Below are positions 37,582 to 46,167 of a DNA stretch of 64,000 nt, piece after piece (the stretch's first letter is position 1; the number at the start of each line of letters is the position of its first letter). The notes under the pieces were generated by a model that was not told the origin of the DNA, searched no databases, and was given only the letters and a program-made list of their open reading frames with translations. The DNA comes from an uncultured Gammaproteobacteria bacterium (GTDB taxonomy: Bacteria > Patescibacteriota > Microgenomatia > UBA10105 > UBA927). Where the stretch lies: assembly GCA_964449585.1 (NCBI GenBank), contig CAYUZE010000003.1, positions 4,021-68,020 on the forward strand, given 5' to 3'. Position numbers and translations under genes: made by a program.

Positions 37582-39066
37582 ATGGGAAAAGACAAGCACA
37601 TGCCAGTTCTTTCTTCGCGCCCGCCCGTGGTGGCGGTATTGGGGCATGTTGACCACGGAAAAACCACGCTTCTTGACTACATTCGCAAAGCAAATGTCGC
37701 CGCCCGTGAACACGGGGGGATTACCCAGCATATCGGCGCATACCAGATAGACTATAAAACGAAGGCAAAAGAGGTGAGAAAGATCACCTTTATCGATACC
37801 CCGGGACACGAGGCGTTTAGTAAAATCCGCTCAAGAGGCGCATCCGCGGCTGATATTGCCATATTGGTTGTTGCCGCCAATGACAGTGTGAAGCCCCAGA
37901 CGATCGAATCCATCCGCCAAATTAAGGCGGCCGGAATTCCCCTTATCGTTGCCATCAATAAAGTCGATCTCCCCGGCATCATCATCGACAAAGTGAAATC
38001 GGATCTTGCCAAACACGAAGTACAGGTCGAAGGATTCGGCGGAGATGTCCCGTTTGTGCTGGTTTCGGCAAAAGCCGGAACGGGAGTAGAGGATTTACTG
38101 GAGCTTATCCTGCTTGTTGCCGACATGAAAGAGCTGACCAATGACGCACAGGGTGATGTGCAGGCGGTAGTTATCGAAGCAAAAGTCGATAAATTTCGAG
38201 GGCAAGTCGCGACCCTTCTTATCAAGTCAGGCACACTTGCTCCCGCAAATACCCTGTACGAGGGGCAAAAAGCGTTAGGCAAAGTACGGGCGCTCATCGA
38301 CGAAACGGGCGCCAAAGTCGATCAGGCGGGTCCCGGTAAGCCTGTGGAGGTGTTGGGCTTTTCCGTACTGCCTTCTATCGGTGCGGTCATCTCCACCGCG
38401 CCGCAACAGGCTGCCGCATCTGCCGCGCCCGTCGCAGCAAAAACCGCCAGTGTTGCGGATTTTTTGGCGGCAATGACTGCAGCGGATAAAAAACGGCTGA
38501 AATTGTTTATCAAAGCCGATACGTCAGGTTCACTTGAAGCGGTTATCGAGGCCTTACCCAAAGAAGAAGTGGATATCGTGCACGGTTCACTGGGTGACAT
38601 CACCGAGGCTGATATTCTGGAGGCGGGTGCCATGGGAGCGGTTGTAGTCGGGTTCAATGTGAAAGCTGCGGGAGGGGTGGAAAAACTTGCCACACATGAA
38701 AAAGTTATTTACCGTATCTACACCATTATCTATGAGTTATTGGACGAAATGGCCGATGTGGTAAGCGGGATGGAGGATTTGCTTGTCAAAGAGCGTGAAC
38801 TGGGACGCGGTGCCGTTATCGCCGAGTTCCCCTTCGAAAAAGATCGAATTGCCGGCACAAAAGTCGTCTCGGGACGGCTTGCCAAAGGGGATATGGTGAA
38901 GATCATGCGCGGCGAGGATGAAATCGGTCGTGCGCGAATACGCTCGATCCGGCAGGGAAAGAACGAAGTAACGAAGGTGGAAGTGGGGGGGGAGTGCGGG
39001 GTGCTTCTGGACAAAAAAGTTGATTTTACGCTCCAAGATGGTATAATAGCCTTCACTACAGGATAG
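37582..39066 (+). CDS. infB: translation initiation factor IF-2 (minimal form)
   Basis: VAVLGHVDHGKTTLLD G1 motif, DTPGHEAF and NKVD. The N-terminal extension is absent. Confidence 0.85.
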   Translation: MGKDKHMPVLSSRPPVVAVLGHVDHGKTTLLDYIRKANVAAREHGGITQHIGAYQIDYKTKAKEVRKITFIDTPGHEAFSKIRSRGASAADIAILVVAANDSVKPQTIESIRQIKAAGIPLIVAINKVDLPGIIIDKVKSDLAKHEVQVEGFGGDVPFVLVSAKAGTGVEDLLELILLVADMKELTNDAQGDVQAVVIEAKVDKFRGQVATLLIKSGTLAPANTLYEGQKALGKVRALIDETGAKVDQAGPGKPVEVLGFSVLPSIGAVISTAPQQAAASAAPVAAKTASVADFLAAMTAADKKRLKLFIKADTSGSLEAVIEALPKEEVDIVHGSLGDITEADILEAGAMGAVVVGFNVKAAGGVEKLATHEKVIYRIYTIIYELLDEMADVVSGMEDLLVKERELGRGAVIAEFPFEKDRIAGTKVVSGRLAKGDMVKIMRGEDEIGRARIRSIRQGKNEVTKVEVGGECGVLLDKKVDFTLQDGIIAFTTG

Positions 39067-39145
39067 TCGTGCATTCGTCTTACGGGACATCGTTTTTGAA
39101 AATTTCATGCGATGTAACGGGTGACGAAAAACGACATAACCAAAT

Positions 39146-40126
39146 ATGACCTACGAAGAAGCCCTTACCAAAGCAAAAGAAATGGTCGGATCCGCGAGTG
39201 AAATCGTGATCGTTACCCACGGCAATCCCACCATGGATAGTATGGGAGCTTCCCTTGCCCTTATGTTGGGTGTCGTTTCCCTGGGCAAAAAAGCAACGGT
39301 TGTATGTCCGGATGCCATGACGGTCGGGTTATCAAGTTTTGTCGGTGTGGATCGGGTCGTGCGTGACTTCGGAAAGAAAAATTTCGTCATTTCGCTTGAT
39401 TACGAAGACGGATCCATCGAAAAAGTAAGCTACAACATAGAAGGCAAAAAGTTTAACCTCGTCGTAGAGCATCGTCCCGGATTTGAATTATTCAGCGCCG
39501 ACAAAGTGCAATATTCCTATCAAGGCGTGTCTGCCGATCTCATCATTAGCGTGGACACCCTTTCCCTTAGCGATCTCGGAGCGGTATATGAACAGCATAA
39601 GGATGTGTTCGGCAAAACGCCGATTATTAACGTAGATTTCCACAAAGATAACGTTAATTACGGTGCGTTAAATCTTGTCGATCCCGGTGCCTCCTCGACG
39701 TCCGAATTGGTTGCCGAGCTCATGGCGACGTTGGGCGTGAAGCTCAGCACGGATATAGCGACAAACCTGCTAAATGCTATCTATGACGCGACCAATAACT
39801 TCCAAAATGCCAACGTCACCAGCATGGCGTTTGAAGTGGCAAGCGTGTGTCTTAAAGCGGGAGCAAAGCGCTTCGGCGTTGCGACCCCGGTTGCCCGCAC
39901 CACACCGGAACCGAAAGTGTACGTAGGCAACAAGCCGGTGGAAGATACGCATAAAGCTCCCGTTTTGGAGGTGACGCCAGTGCAGGAACAAAAGCACACA
40001 CCGCCTCCCGTTATTCATACGGAAACCCCTGCGGCGGATCCGCATCAGAATGAAGGGAAAAAATCCGCAAACCCTCCCTCAGACTGGCTGAAACCGAAAA
40101 TATTTAAGAGTTCTTCACTTGTATAA
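39146..40126 (+). CDS. DHH-family phosphoesterase (NrnA-like, degenerate)
   Basis: IVIVTHGNPTMDSMGASLAL resembles the NrnA HxxPDGDAxGS region, but the motifs are degenerate. It sits where rbfA/truB normally lie in the nusA-infB-rpsO-pnp cluster. Confidence 0.45.
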   Translation: MTYEEALTKAKEMVGSASEIVIVTHGNPTMDSMGASLALMLGVVSLGKKATVVCPDAMTVGLSSFVGVDRVVRDFGKKNFVISLDYEDGSIEKVSYNIEGKKFNLVVEHRPGFELFSADKVQYSYQGVSADLIISVDTLSLSDLGAVYEQHKDVFGKTPIINVDFHKDNVNYGALNLVDPGASSTSELVAELMATLGVKLSTDIATNLLNAIYDATNNFQNANVTSMAFEVASVCLKAGAKRFGVATPVARTTPEPKVYVGNKPVEDTHKAPVLEVTPVQEQKHTPPPVIHTETPAADPHQNEGKKSANPPSDWLKPKIFKSSSLV

Positions 40127-40187
40127 GCCGTTGACGGTAATCTCCCACTGGTAAATTTCCTTACAATATCGTATAATGAGTGCCTTA

Positions 40188-40214
40188 GGAGCACAAAGGA
40201 TCGCGCTCCTTTTT
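40188..40214 (+). promoter_or_regulatory. hairpin plus T-run in rpsO 5' leader (possible S15 autoregulatory/attenuator structure)
   Basis: GGAGC...GCGCTCC stem followed by TTTTT, lying between a TATAAT element (40172-40177) and the rpsO ATG at 40224. Confidence 0.35.
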
Positions 40215-40223
40215 ACAAAGCAT

Positions 40224-40640
40224 ATGGCAACCAAAACTACCAAGAAGGCAACGAAAACGACAAAAACAACCAAAGTGGCAAAGGAAACAAAAGCACCGAA
40301 AAAAGCCGCTCCCGCAAAAGCGGTCAAAGCAGTTAAACCGACCAAAGCTGCCGCCAAAGCAGCCGCGGAAGAAGCCGCAATTCCGTCTCCCGAAAAGCAG
40401 GAAATTATCGTCCAATTTGCATTAAAGTCCGGAGATACCGGGAGTCCCGAAGTGCAGGTTGCACTGCTTACCCGACGCATCGAAAAACTTGTTGAACATC
40501 TTCGCGGCAATCCGCATGATAATCATTCACGACGCGGTTTGTTGGGTATCGTGAGCAAACGGCGACGGTTGTTAAACTATCTTGAGAAAAAAGACAAAAA
40601 GCGATTTGTCCAAATTAAGGAAAAATTAGGCTTAACATAA
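40224..40640 (+). CDS. rpsO: 30S ribosomal protein S15 with Lys/Ala-rich N-terminal extension
   Basis: The C-terminal 85 aa align with S15 ([14 protein letters not shown]...HSRRGLL...RRLLNYL). The N-terminal ~50 aa are KTTK/KAAK repeats. The upstream ATG at 40176 is rejected because it overlaps the -10 element. Confidence 0.75.
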   Translation: MATKTTKKATKTTKTTKVAKETKAPKKAAPAKAVKAVKPTKAAAKAAAEEAAIPSPEKQEIIVQFALKSGDTGSPEVQVALLTRRIEKLVEHLRGNPHDNHSRRGLLGIVSKRRRLLNYLEKKDKKRFVQIKEKLGLT

Positions 40641-40708
40641 TATAAATTTACGGCGCACAGCGTCCCTGGAGCGATAAGAGGCCAGTGGTCGAGGATAGAG
40701 CATAGAAG

Positions 40709-40739
40709 TAGAAAACTTATCACATTCTTCCGTTTTCTA
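40709..40739 (+). promoter_or_regulatory. perfect 8-bp stem-loop in rpsO-pnp intergenic region
   Basis: TAGAAAAC-N15-GTTTTCTA, a possible RNase III or attenuator site by analogy with the E. coli rpsO-pnp region. Confidence 0.35.
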
Positions 40740-40792
40740 TCTTCAACCCCTCCGCTTCTTATACCCCACAAGGATGCATCGTGCGGAAATCT

Positions 40793-42985
40793 ATGAACAT
40801 TATCTCCAAATCTGCGGAGATCGCAGGAAAAACCCTGACCCTTGAAGTCGGACGATTTGCCGAACAGGCATCGGCGGCGGTGCTTGCCAAATACGGTGAG
40901 ACCATGGTGCTTGCAACCGTTACCGCATCGAGTAAAGAAACAACGCTTGATTATTTTCCGCTTTCCGTGGAATATGTCGAACGGCTGTATGCCGGCGGTC
41001 GTATTAAAGGTTCCCGTTGGGTAAAACGGGAAGGCAGACCGACGGATGACGCGGTATTGGCGGGTCGGGTAATCGATCGTTCCATTCGTCCGCTTTTTCC
41101 GAAGTCCTTTAAGCGCGACGTACAGGTGATTATCACCGTTCTTTCCGTTGACGGGCAAAATGACCCCGACGTATTGGGATTAGTTGCCACCAGCGCCGCC
41201 ATTGCCATCTCCCCGGTTCCCTGGAAGGGACCGATCGGAGGCGTCCGTGTCGGTTATGTCAAAGAGACGGGAACGGAAAAAGGCGCATACCTTATCAACC
41301 CCACGACATTAGAGCAGGAAACGAGTGAATTTGATTTCATCGTGTCCGGTACGAGCGAAAAAGTGGTGATGCTTGAGGGAGGTTTCTGTGAAACGCCCGA
41401 GCCTATCGTGTTCGGCGCCATCGAAGAAGCCAAAAAGGCCAACGGCGAAGTCATTGCCCTTATCAATGAGCTCGTCAGTGCCGTAGGGAAAGAAAAAATT
41501 GTTCTTCCCGAGGTGAGTGAAGCGGACGAACTGAAAAAGAAAATCGCCAAGGATTATGCCAAGGAAATGGAAACGGCATTTGCCAAAAAAGCCGAAAAAG
41601 AATTCGGCGGCACGGAAATTGCGGAACTCGCAAAGACCATCGCCGAAGCATACGGTACCGATTATTCCATGAAGGATATCGAAGGCGCCCTTGATGCACT
41701 GTTCAAAAAACAGGTTCGTGACAACGTGCTCCTTCACGGCAAGCGGTTTGACGGACGAAAAATTGATGAAGTGCGATCGATCGATATCGACGTCAGTATC
41801 CTTTCCCGCACGCACGGAAGTGCGATGTTCAAGCGGGGACAGACGCAGGTACTTACGGTTGCGACCTTGGGTACCCCGAGTCTTGAGCAGCTTATCGAGA
41901 GTCCGATGGGCGAGGAATCAAAGCGCTATATTCATCACTACAGTATGCCGCCGTATTCCGTCGGAGAGACGGGGAGAGTCGGAACGCCGAATCGTCGGGA
42001 AATCGGCCATGGTGCGCTTGCCGAACGGGCACTGCTTTCCGTGATTCCTTCCGAAGAGGAATTTCCGTATACGATCCGCCTGGTTTCCGAAGTAATGAGT
42101 AGTAACGGTTCTACTTCCATGGCGAGTACCTGCGGATCGACGCTTGCACTTATGGATGCGGGTGTACCTATCAAAGAACCGGTTGCCGGTATCTCCGTCG
42201 GTCTTATGACCGATAAAGAGAAGTTCGTGTTGTTAACCGATATATTGGGGATTGAGGATTTCTCGGGAGACATGGACTTTAAAGTGGCGGGGACCAAAAA
42301 CGGTATCACCGCAATCCAGCTCGATATCAAAATCGAAGGATTGACCGCCGATATTGTGGAACAGACGCTTGAACGGGCAAGAGTGGCGAGAATGATGATC
42401 CTTGAAAAGATCGCGTCCGTCATCCAATCACCGAGACAAGCGGTTTCGCAGTATGCGCCCAAGATTAAGGTCATAAAAATTCCGACCGAACGGATCGGTG
42501 AGGTAATCGGACCGGGCGGCAAAGTCATCCGCAATATTATCGCGACCACGGGTGCTACCGTGGATGTCAACGATGACGGATCGGTATTCATCTCTGGCAC
42601 CGATGCCGATAGCGTACAAAAAGCGGTGTCTTGGGTCGAGGGATTGACGCATGATGTCGAAGTCGGTGAGGAATTCGAGGGAGAGGTAAAACGAATTCTT
42701 CCGTTCGGCGCATTTGTCGAAATTTTGCCCGGCAAAGAAGGCATGGTGCATGTTTCGCAAATGAGTACCGATTTTGTCGATGACCCCTCAAAGGTTGTTG
42801 CAATAGGTCAAGTCGTCAAAGTGCGCGTTATGGAAATAGATGAACAGCGACGGATCAATCTCTCCATGCTTTTTGGGGAAGATGCCGAGAAAAAATCCGC
42901 CGAGCGCCGTGAATCACGCGGCGGCGGTGACCGCCATGGCGGCGGCAGACGGGGCGGCTTCGATCGCGGTCGAAGAAGGTATTAA
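40793..42985 (+). CDS. pnp: polyribonucleotide nucleotidyltransferase (PNPase) with RGG-rich C-terminal tail
   Basis: Two RNase PH domains, then KH and S1 domains, ending in ESRGGGDRHGGGRRGGFDRGRRRY. Confidence 0.9.
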   Translation: MNIISKSAEIAGKTLTLEVGRFAEQASAAVLAKYGETMVLATVTASSKETTLDYFPLSVEYVERLYAGGRIKGSRWVKREGRPTDDAVLAGRVIDRSIRPLFPKSFKRDVQVIITVLSVDGQNDPDVLGLVATSAAIAISPVPWKGPIGGVRVGYVKETGTEKGAYLINPTTLEQETSEFDFIVSGTSEKVVMLEGGFCETPEPIVFGAIEEAKKANGEVIALINELVSAVGKEKIVLPEVSEADELKKKIAKDYAKEMETAFAKKAEKEFGGTEIAELAKTIAEAYGTDYSMKDIEGALDALFKKQVRDNVLLHGKRFDGRKIDEVRSIDIDVSILSRTHGSAMFKRGQTQVLTVATLGTPSLEQLIESPMGEESKRYIHHYSMPPYSVGETGRVGTPNRREIGHGALAERALLSVIPSEEEFPYTIRLVSEVMSSNGSTSMASTCGSTLALMDAGVPIKEPVAGISVGLMTDKEKFVLLTDILGIEDFSGDMDFKVAGTKNGITAIQLDIKIEGLTADIVEQTLERARVARMMILEKIASVIQSPRQAVSQYAPKIKVIKIPTERIGEVIGPGGKVIRNIIATTGATVDVNDDGSVFISGTDADSVQKAVSWVEGLTHDVEVGEEFEGEVKRILPFGAFVEILPGKEGMVHVSQMSTDFVDDPSKVVAIGQVVKVRVMEIDEQRRINLSMLFGEDAEKKSAERRESRGGGDRHGGGRRGGFDRGRRRY

Positions 42986-43107
42986 ACCGTCATCCCGGCA
43001 CCATTTGCAGACGCTACTCATGAGCCGTGAGACGCATGCCTCTTACGGGAGCTTTTCGGTAAATTTCACCGCAGGAATTACGTGGGTGAATTTGTTATGA
43101 TAGTGGT

Positions 43108-44214
43108 ATGTCCAGACTGCTCGACGAGGTAAGTTCATTACGAAAAAAACTGAAAGACGCTGCGGTTCCCCCCGAAATGGAAACCCGGATTGTTGCAAAC
43201 CTCGAGGAAGTTGAACGATTGGAACACGATATTTCCGCGCGCGTGCATATCGAACAGATGCTCCGGTATATCGACTGGGTCATTAATCTCCCTTGGAATG
43301 CAAGAAGTCAGGATGAAATTGATTTGGCAAACGCGAGAACGATTCTTGAAACGCATCATTACGGGTTACAGCCCGTAAAAGAGCGGATTCTCGAGTATCT
43401 TGCCGTGATGAAGCTCAATCAGGATCGATGGAAGAAGGAAGCAAATGCCGCATCAGGAGATTCCCGGGAAGCGGAAGCAAAAAGCACGCATGCGATGCTT
43501 GCACGACGCGCGCCCATTCTTTGTCTTGTTGGACTTGTCGGTACCGGAAAAACGACACTTGCAAAATCCATCGCTCAGGCGATGGGCAGACGATTTGTCC
43601 GTATTGCTTTCGGCGGTATGTCGGATGCCCTTGAACTGCGCGGGCAGTCACGCGTACGACCCGATGCGGAAATAGGGCTCATCCTCAAAGGGTTGCGGTT
43701 TGCGGGAACGAAAAATCCCGTTATCCTCCTCGACGAAATTGATCGTGTATCGGAGCACGCCCGGGGAGACATCATGGGCGTCTTGGTCGAGTTGCTGGAT
43801 CCGGAACAAAATTCGGCATTCGTCGATCATTATATGGATTATCCATTTGATCTTTCGGAAGTGTTGTTTATCGCAACCAGCAACAACACGACCAACATCG
43901 CAACGGCAGTGCTTGATCGTCTTGAGCCGATACAAATGCCCTCCTATACCGATGCCGAAAAAATAGAAATCGCCAAAAAATATGTCATGCCCGCGCTTAT
44001 GAGAGAATCGGGGCTGACGGGTGAAAATTTGACGATTGATGAGGCGATGTGGGCAAAACTGGTTCGACCGCTTGGGTACGATGCGGGTATCCGTTCCATC
44101 GAACGGACATTAAACAGTGTGTGTCGAAAAGTTGCCCTTTCCATCGTCGAAGGAAAGCAGACGTCGTTTCATATAGACGAAAATAATATTAAAAGTTTTA
44201 TAGAAGTGTATTAG
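43108..44214 (+). CDS. Lon-like AAA+ ATPase lacking N-terminal LON and C-terminal S16 protease domains
   Basis: The sequence aligns with the Lon AAA+ module: NLPW, HYGLQPVKERILEYLAV, Walker A GLVGTGKTT and Walker B ILLDEIDR. It stops after the alpha-helical lid. Only 70 bp separate it from the next gene. Confidence 0.6.
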   Translation: MSRLLDEVSSLRKKLKDAAVPPEMETRIVANLEEVERLEHDISARVHIEQMLRYIDWVINLPWNARSQDEIDLANARTILETHHYGLQPVKERILEYLAVMKLNQDRWKKEANAASGDSREAEAKSTHAMLARRAPILCLVGLVGTGKTTLAKSIAQAMGRRFVRIAFGGMSDALELRGQSRVRPDAEIGLILKGLRFAGTKNPVILLDEIDRVSEHARGDIMGVLVELLDPEQNSAFVDHYMDYPFDLSEVLFIATSNNTTNIATAVLDRLEPIQMPSYTDAEKIEIAKKYVMPALMRESGLTGENLTIDEAMWAKLVRPLGYDAGIRSIERTLNSVCRKVALSIVEGKQTSFHIDENNIKSFIEVY

Positions 44215-44284
44215 TTCCCAAGATGGTTACTGCCCCGAATCTTAGGACATACGAATCCTCAAAAAAGGAGAAAGAAGGTTAATT

Positions 44285-46051
44285 ATGAGAAAAATGTATT
44301 TACAACATTCCCGACGAGATGAGCGTCCGTTGCCGCAGCGGCAGGTATATGAAGGAAAATCTTTCGGTACCCCGACCGGCAAAGATACCGTGCGCATCGT
44401 CCCCCTCGGGGGATCGGGAAACGTCACCAAGAATATGTATCTGTACGAGTACCGGTATGACGGAAAAATCAAAGATATTTTGATTGTCGATTGCGGTATC
44501 GGATTTCCCGATGAAAGTATGTTCGGCGTTGATCTTGTCATCCCTGACGTGCGGTACCTTATGGACAAACGCGACAAAATAAGAGCAATTGTTTTCACTC
44601 ATGGGCATGACGACCATATCGGCGGACTTCCGTATATTTACCCGAAACTCGGCAAAGTGCCCATGTATGCGCCGACGTTAGCCGCGGCATTTGCAAATTT
44701 GAAGCTTAAGGAAACCGAAGTGCGGGAGCGGGTACGACCCATGACATTTGATAAAACGGTCAGTGCGGGAGCATTTAGCGTATCGTTTATCCGAATTACC
44801 CACTCGGTTCCCGATACGTCTCATCTTGTCATAGAAACGCCGATCGGCATTTTTTATCACGGGAGTGATTTTAAATTTGATCCCACTCCGCTTGATCAGA
44901 AACCGTCCGAACTCCATAAAATAAACGCCGTGGGGAAGCGGGGAGTCCTTTGTATGCTCTCCGACAGTTTAGGCAGTGAACGCCCCGGGTTTACTCCGTC
45001 CGAACAAATTATCGGGGAAACGATTGAAAAAGAGCTACGGTTATCGAACGGAAAAGTACTCTTTACCACGCAATCGAGCAACATTTCCCGTATTCAGCTT
45101 GCTATTGAATTGGCGCAAAAATACGGAAGAAAGATCGCATTCCTGGGAAGAAGTATCGACCAGAACGTCGAGGAATCGGTGAAACTCGGGTATATGAAAT
45201 TTCCCCGCGATGTCATTATCAATGACCGGGATTTAAAACGGATGCCCGCCAATAAACAATTTTTGGTGGTTGCGGGAGCCCAGGGACAGCCGACCAGCAA
45301 TCTTTTCCGGATTGCGAGCGATGCACATAAAACGGTTCGGTTAACCGATACCGATACGGTCATTATTTCCGCAGATCCCATTCCGGGAAGAGAAAATGAC
45401 GTCAATAAACTGATTGACCAAATCTATCGGCACGGCGCACGCGTTTCGTATAGCGATATCATGGAAGACCTCCATGTGTCGGGACACGGCAGCAGCGGCG
45501 ACATGATGTTGTTACTCTCAGCGGTTGGTCCCCGGTATGTGTGGCCGATCGGCGGGACGTACAAGCACCTTATGCAATATCGGCGGCTTGCCGCCGATTT
45601 GGGGTACGATAAGCGGTCGGTGCTTATTCCCGAAGACGGGGAAGTCATGGAATTTTCGCGCCATGCGGCGCCGCGGGTTGTCGATCGATTAGAGCTTGAG
45701 CAAATCATGATTGACGGCTTAGGTATCGGTGATGTCGGCAATGTCGTCTTGAAGGATAGGCAAAAAATTGCCCACGAGGGAATTGTGGTTGCCGCCATTC
45801 CCGTCGATAGTCGGAGCGGGCATCTCGTCAGTGCCCCGCAGATTATCACGAGAGGGTTTGTCTACGTGAAGGAATCCCGCCATTTGCTTGCGCACGCAGG
45901 CAGTGTCGTTGACCGGGCATTAACCCTTCGGAAAGGGAAAATCGCCGATTGGCAACTTGTCAAAAAGCGTATTGAAGAGTCGCTCGGGGAATACCTCCTC
46001 AAGGAAACGGGGAGGAGTCCGCTTATCGTTCCCGTGATTCTGGAGGTGTAA
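44285..46051 (+). CDS. rnj: ribonuclease J (metallo-beta-lactamase/beta-CASP)
   Basis: VRIVPLGG...FTHGHDDHIG, which includes the HxHxDH motif, plus beta-CASP and C-terminal domains. Confidence 0.85.
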   Translation: MRKMYLQHSRRDERPLPQRQVYEGKSFGTPTGKDTVRIVPLGGSGNVTKNMYLYEYRYDGKIKDILIVDCGIGFPDESMFGVDLVIPDVRYLMDKRDKIRAIVFTHGHDDHIGGLPYIYPKLGKVPMYAPTLAAAFANLKLKETEVRERVRPMTFDKTVSAGAFSVSFIRITHSVPDTSHLVIETPIGIFYHGSDFKFDPTPLDQKPSELHKINAVGKRGVLCMLSDSLGSERPGFTPSEQIIGETIEKELRLSNGKVLFTTQSSNISRIQLAIELAQKYGRKIAFLGRSIDQNVEESVKLGYMKFPRDVIINDRDLKRMPANKQFLVVAGAQGQPTSNLFRIASDAHKTVRLTDTDTVIISADPIPGRENDVNKLIDQIYRHGARVSYSDIMEDLHVSGHGSSGDMMLLLSAVGPRYVWPIGGTYKHLMQYRRLAADLGYDKRSVLIPEDGEVMEFSRHAAPRVVDRLELEQIMIDGLGIGDVGNVVLKDRQKIAHEGIVVAAIPVDSRSGHLVSAPQIITRGFVYVKESRHLLAHAGSVVDRALTLRKGKIADWQLVKKRIEESLGEYLLKETGRSPLIVPVILEV

Positions 46052-46167
46052 TCCGACAAAAAAGTTGACATCCCCTCTATATTACTATAGGATAGTGCAA
46101 GGTGGGGGAGCAGGGGATTCCATTGCAATAGCGTGCCGCTGTTCCTATACTGGAGTGTATCGCAACT

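Noticed and set aside
36852-37667. 271-aa minus-strand ORF.
   Set aside because: It is antisense to nusA and low complexity (Ser/Ala/Thr).
40176-40223. Upstream ATG as the rpsO start ([13 protein letters not shown]...).
   Set aside because: The ATG is embedded in the TATAAT -10 element and precedes the leader hairpin. ATG 40224 (MATKTTKK) is preferred.
43108-44214. Possibility that the Lon-like gene is a frameshifted or pseudogenised full Lon.
   Set aside because: Flanking intergenic regions are only 120 and 70 bp, and no other frame in the vicinity encodes S16 protease-like or LON-N-like sequence. It is treated as an intact protease-less ATPase, pending confirmation.
46052-46167. Possible structured RNA or promoter upstream of ftsK (a TTGACA hexamer and GC-rich segments).
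   Set aside because: No convincing -10 at the proper spacing and no clear hairpin. Evidence is insufficient.
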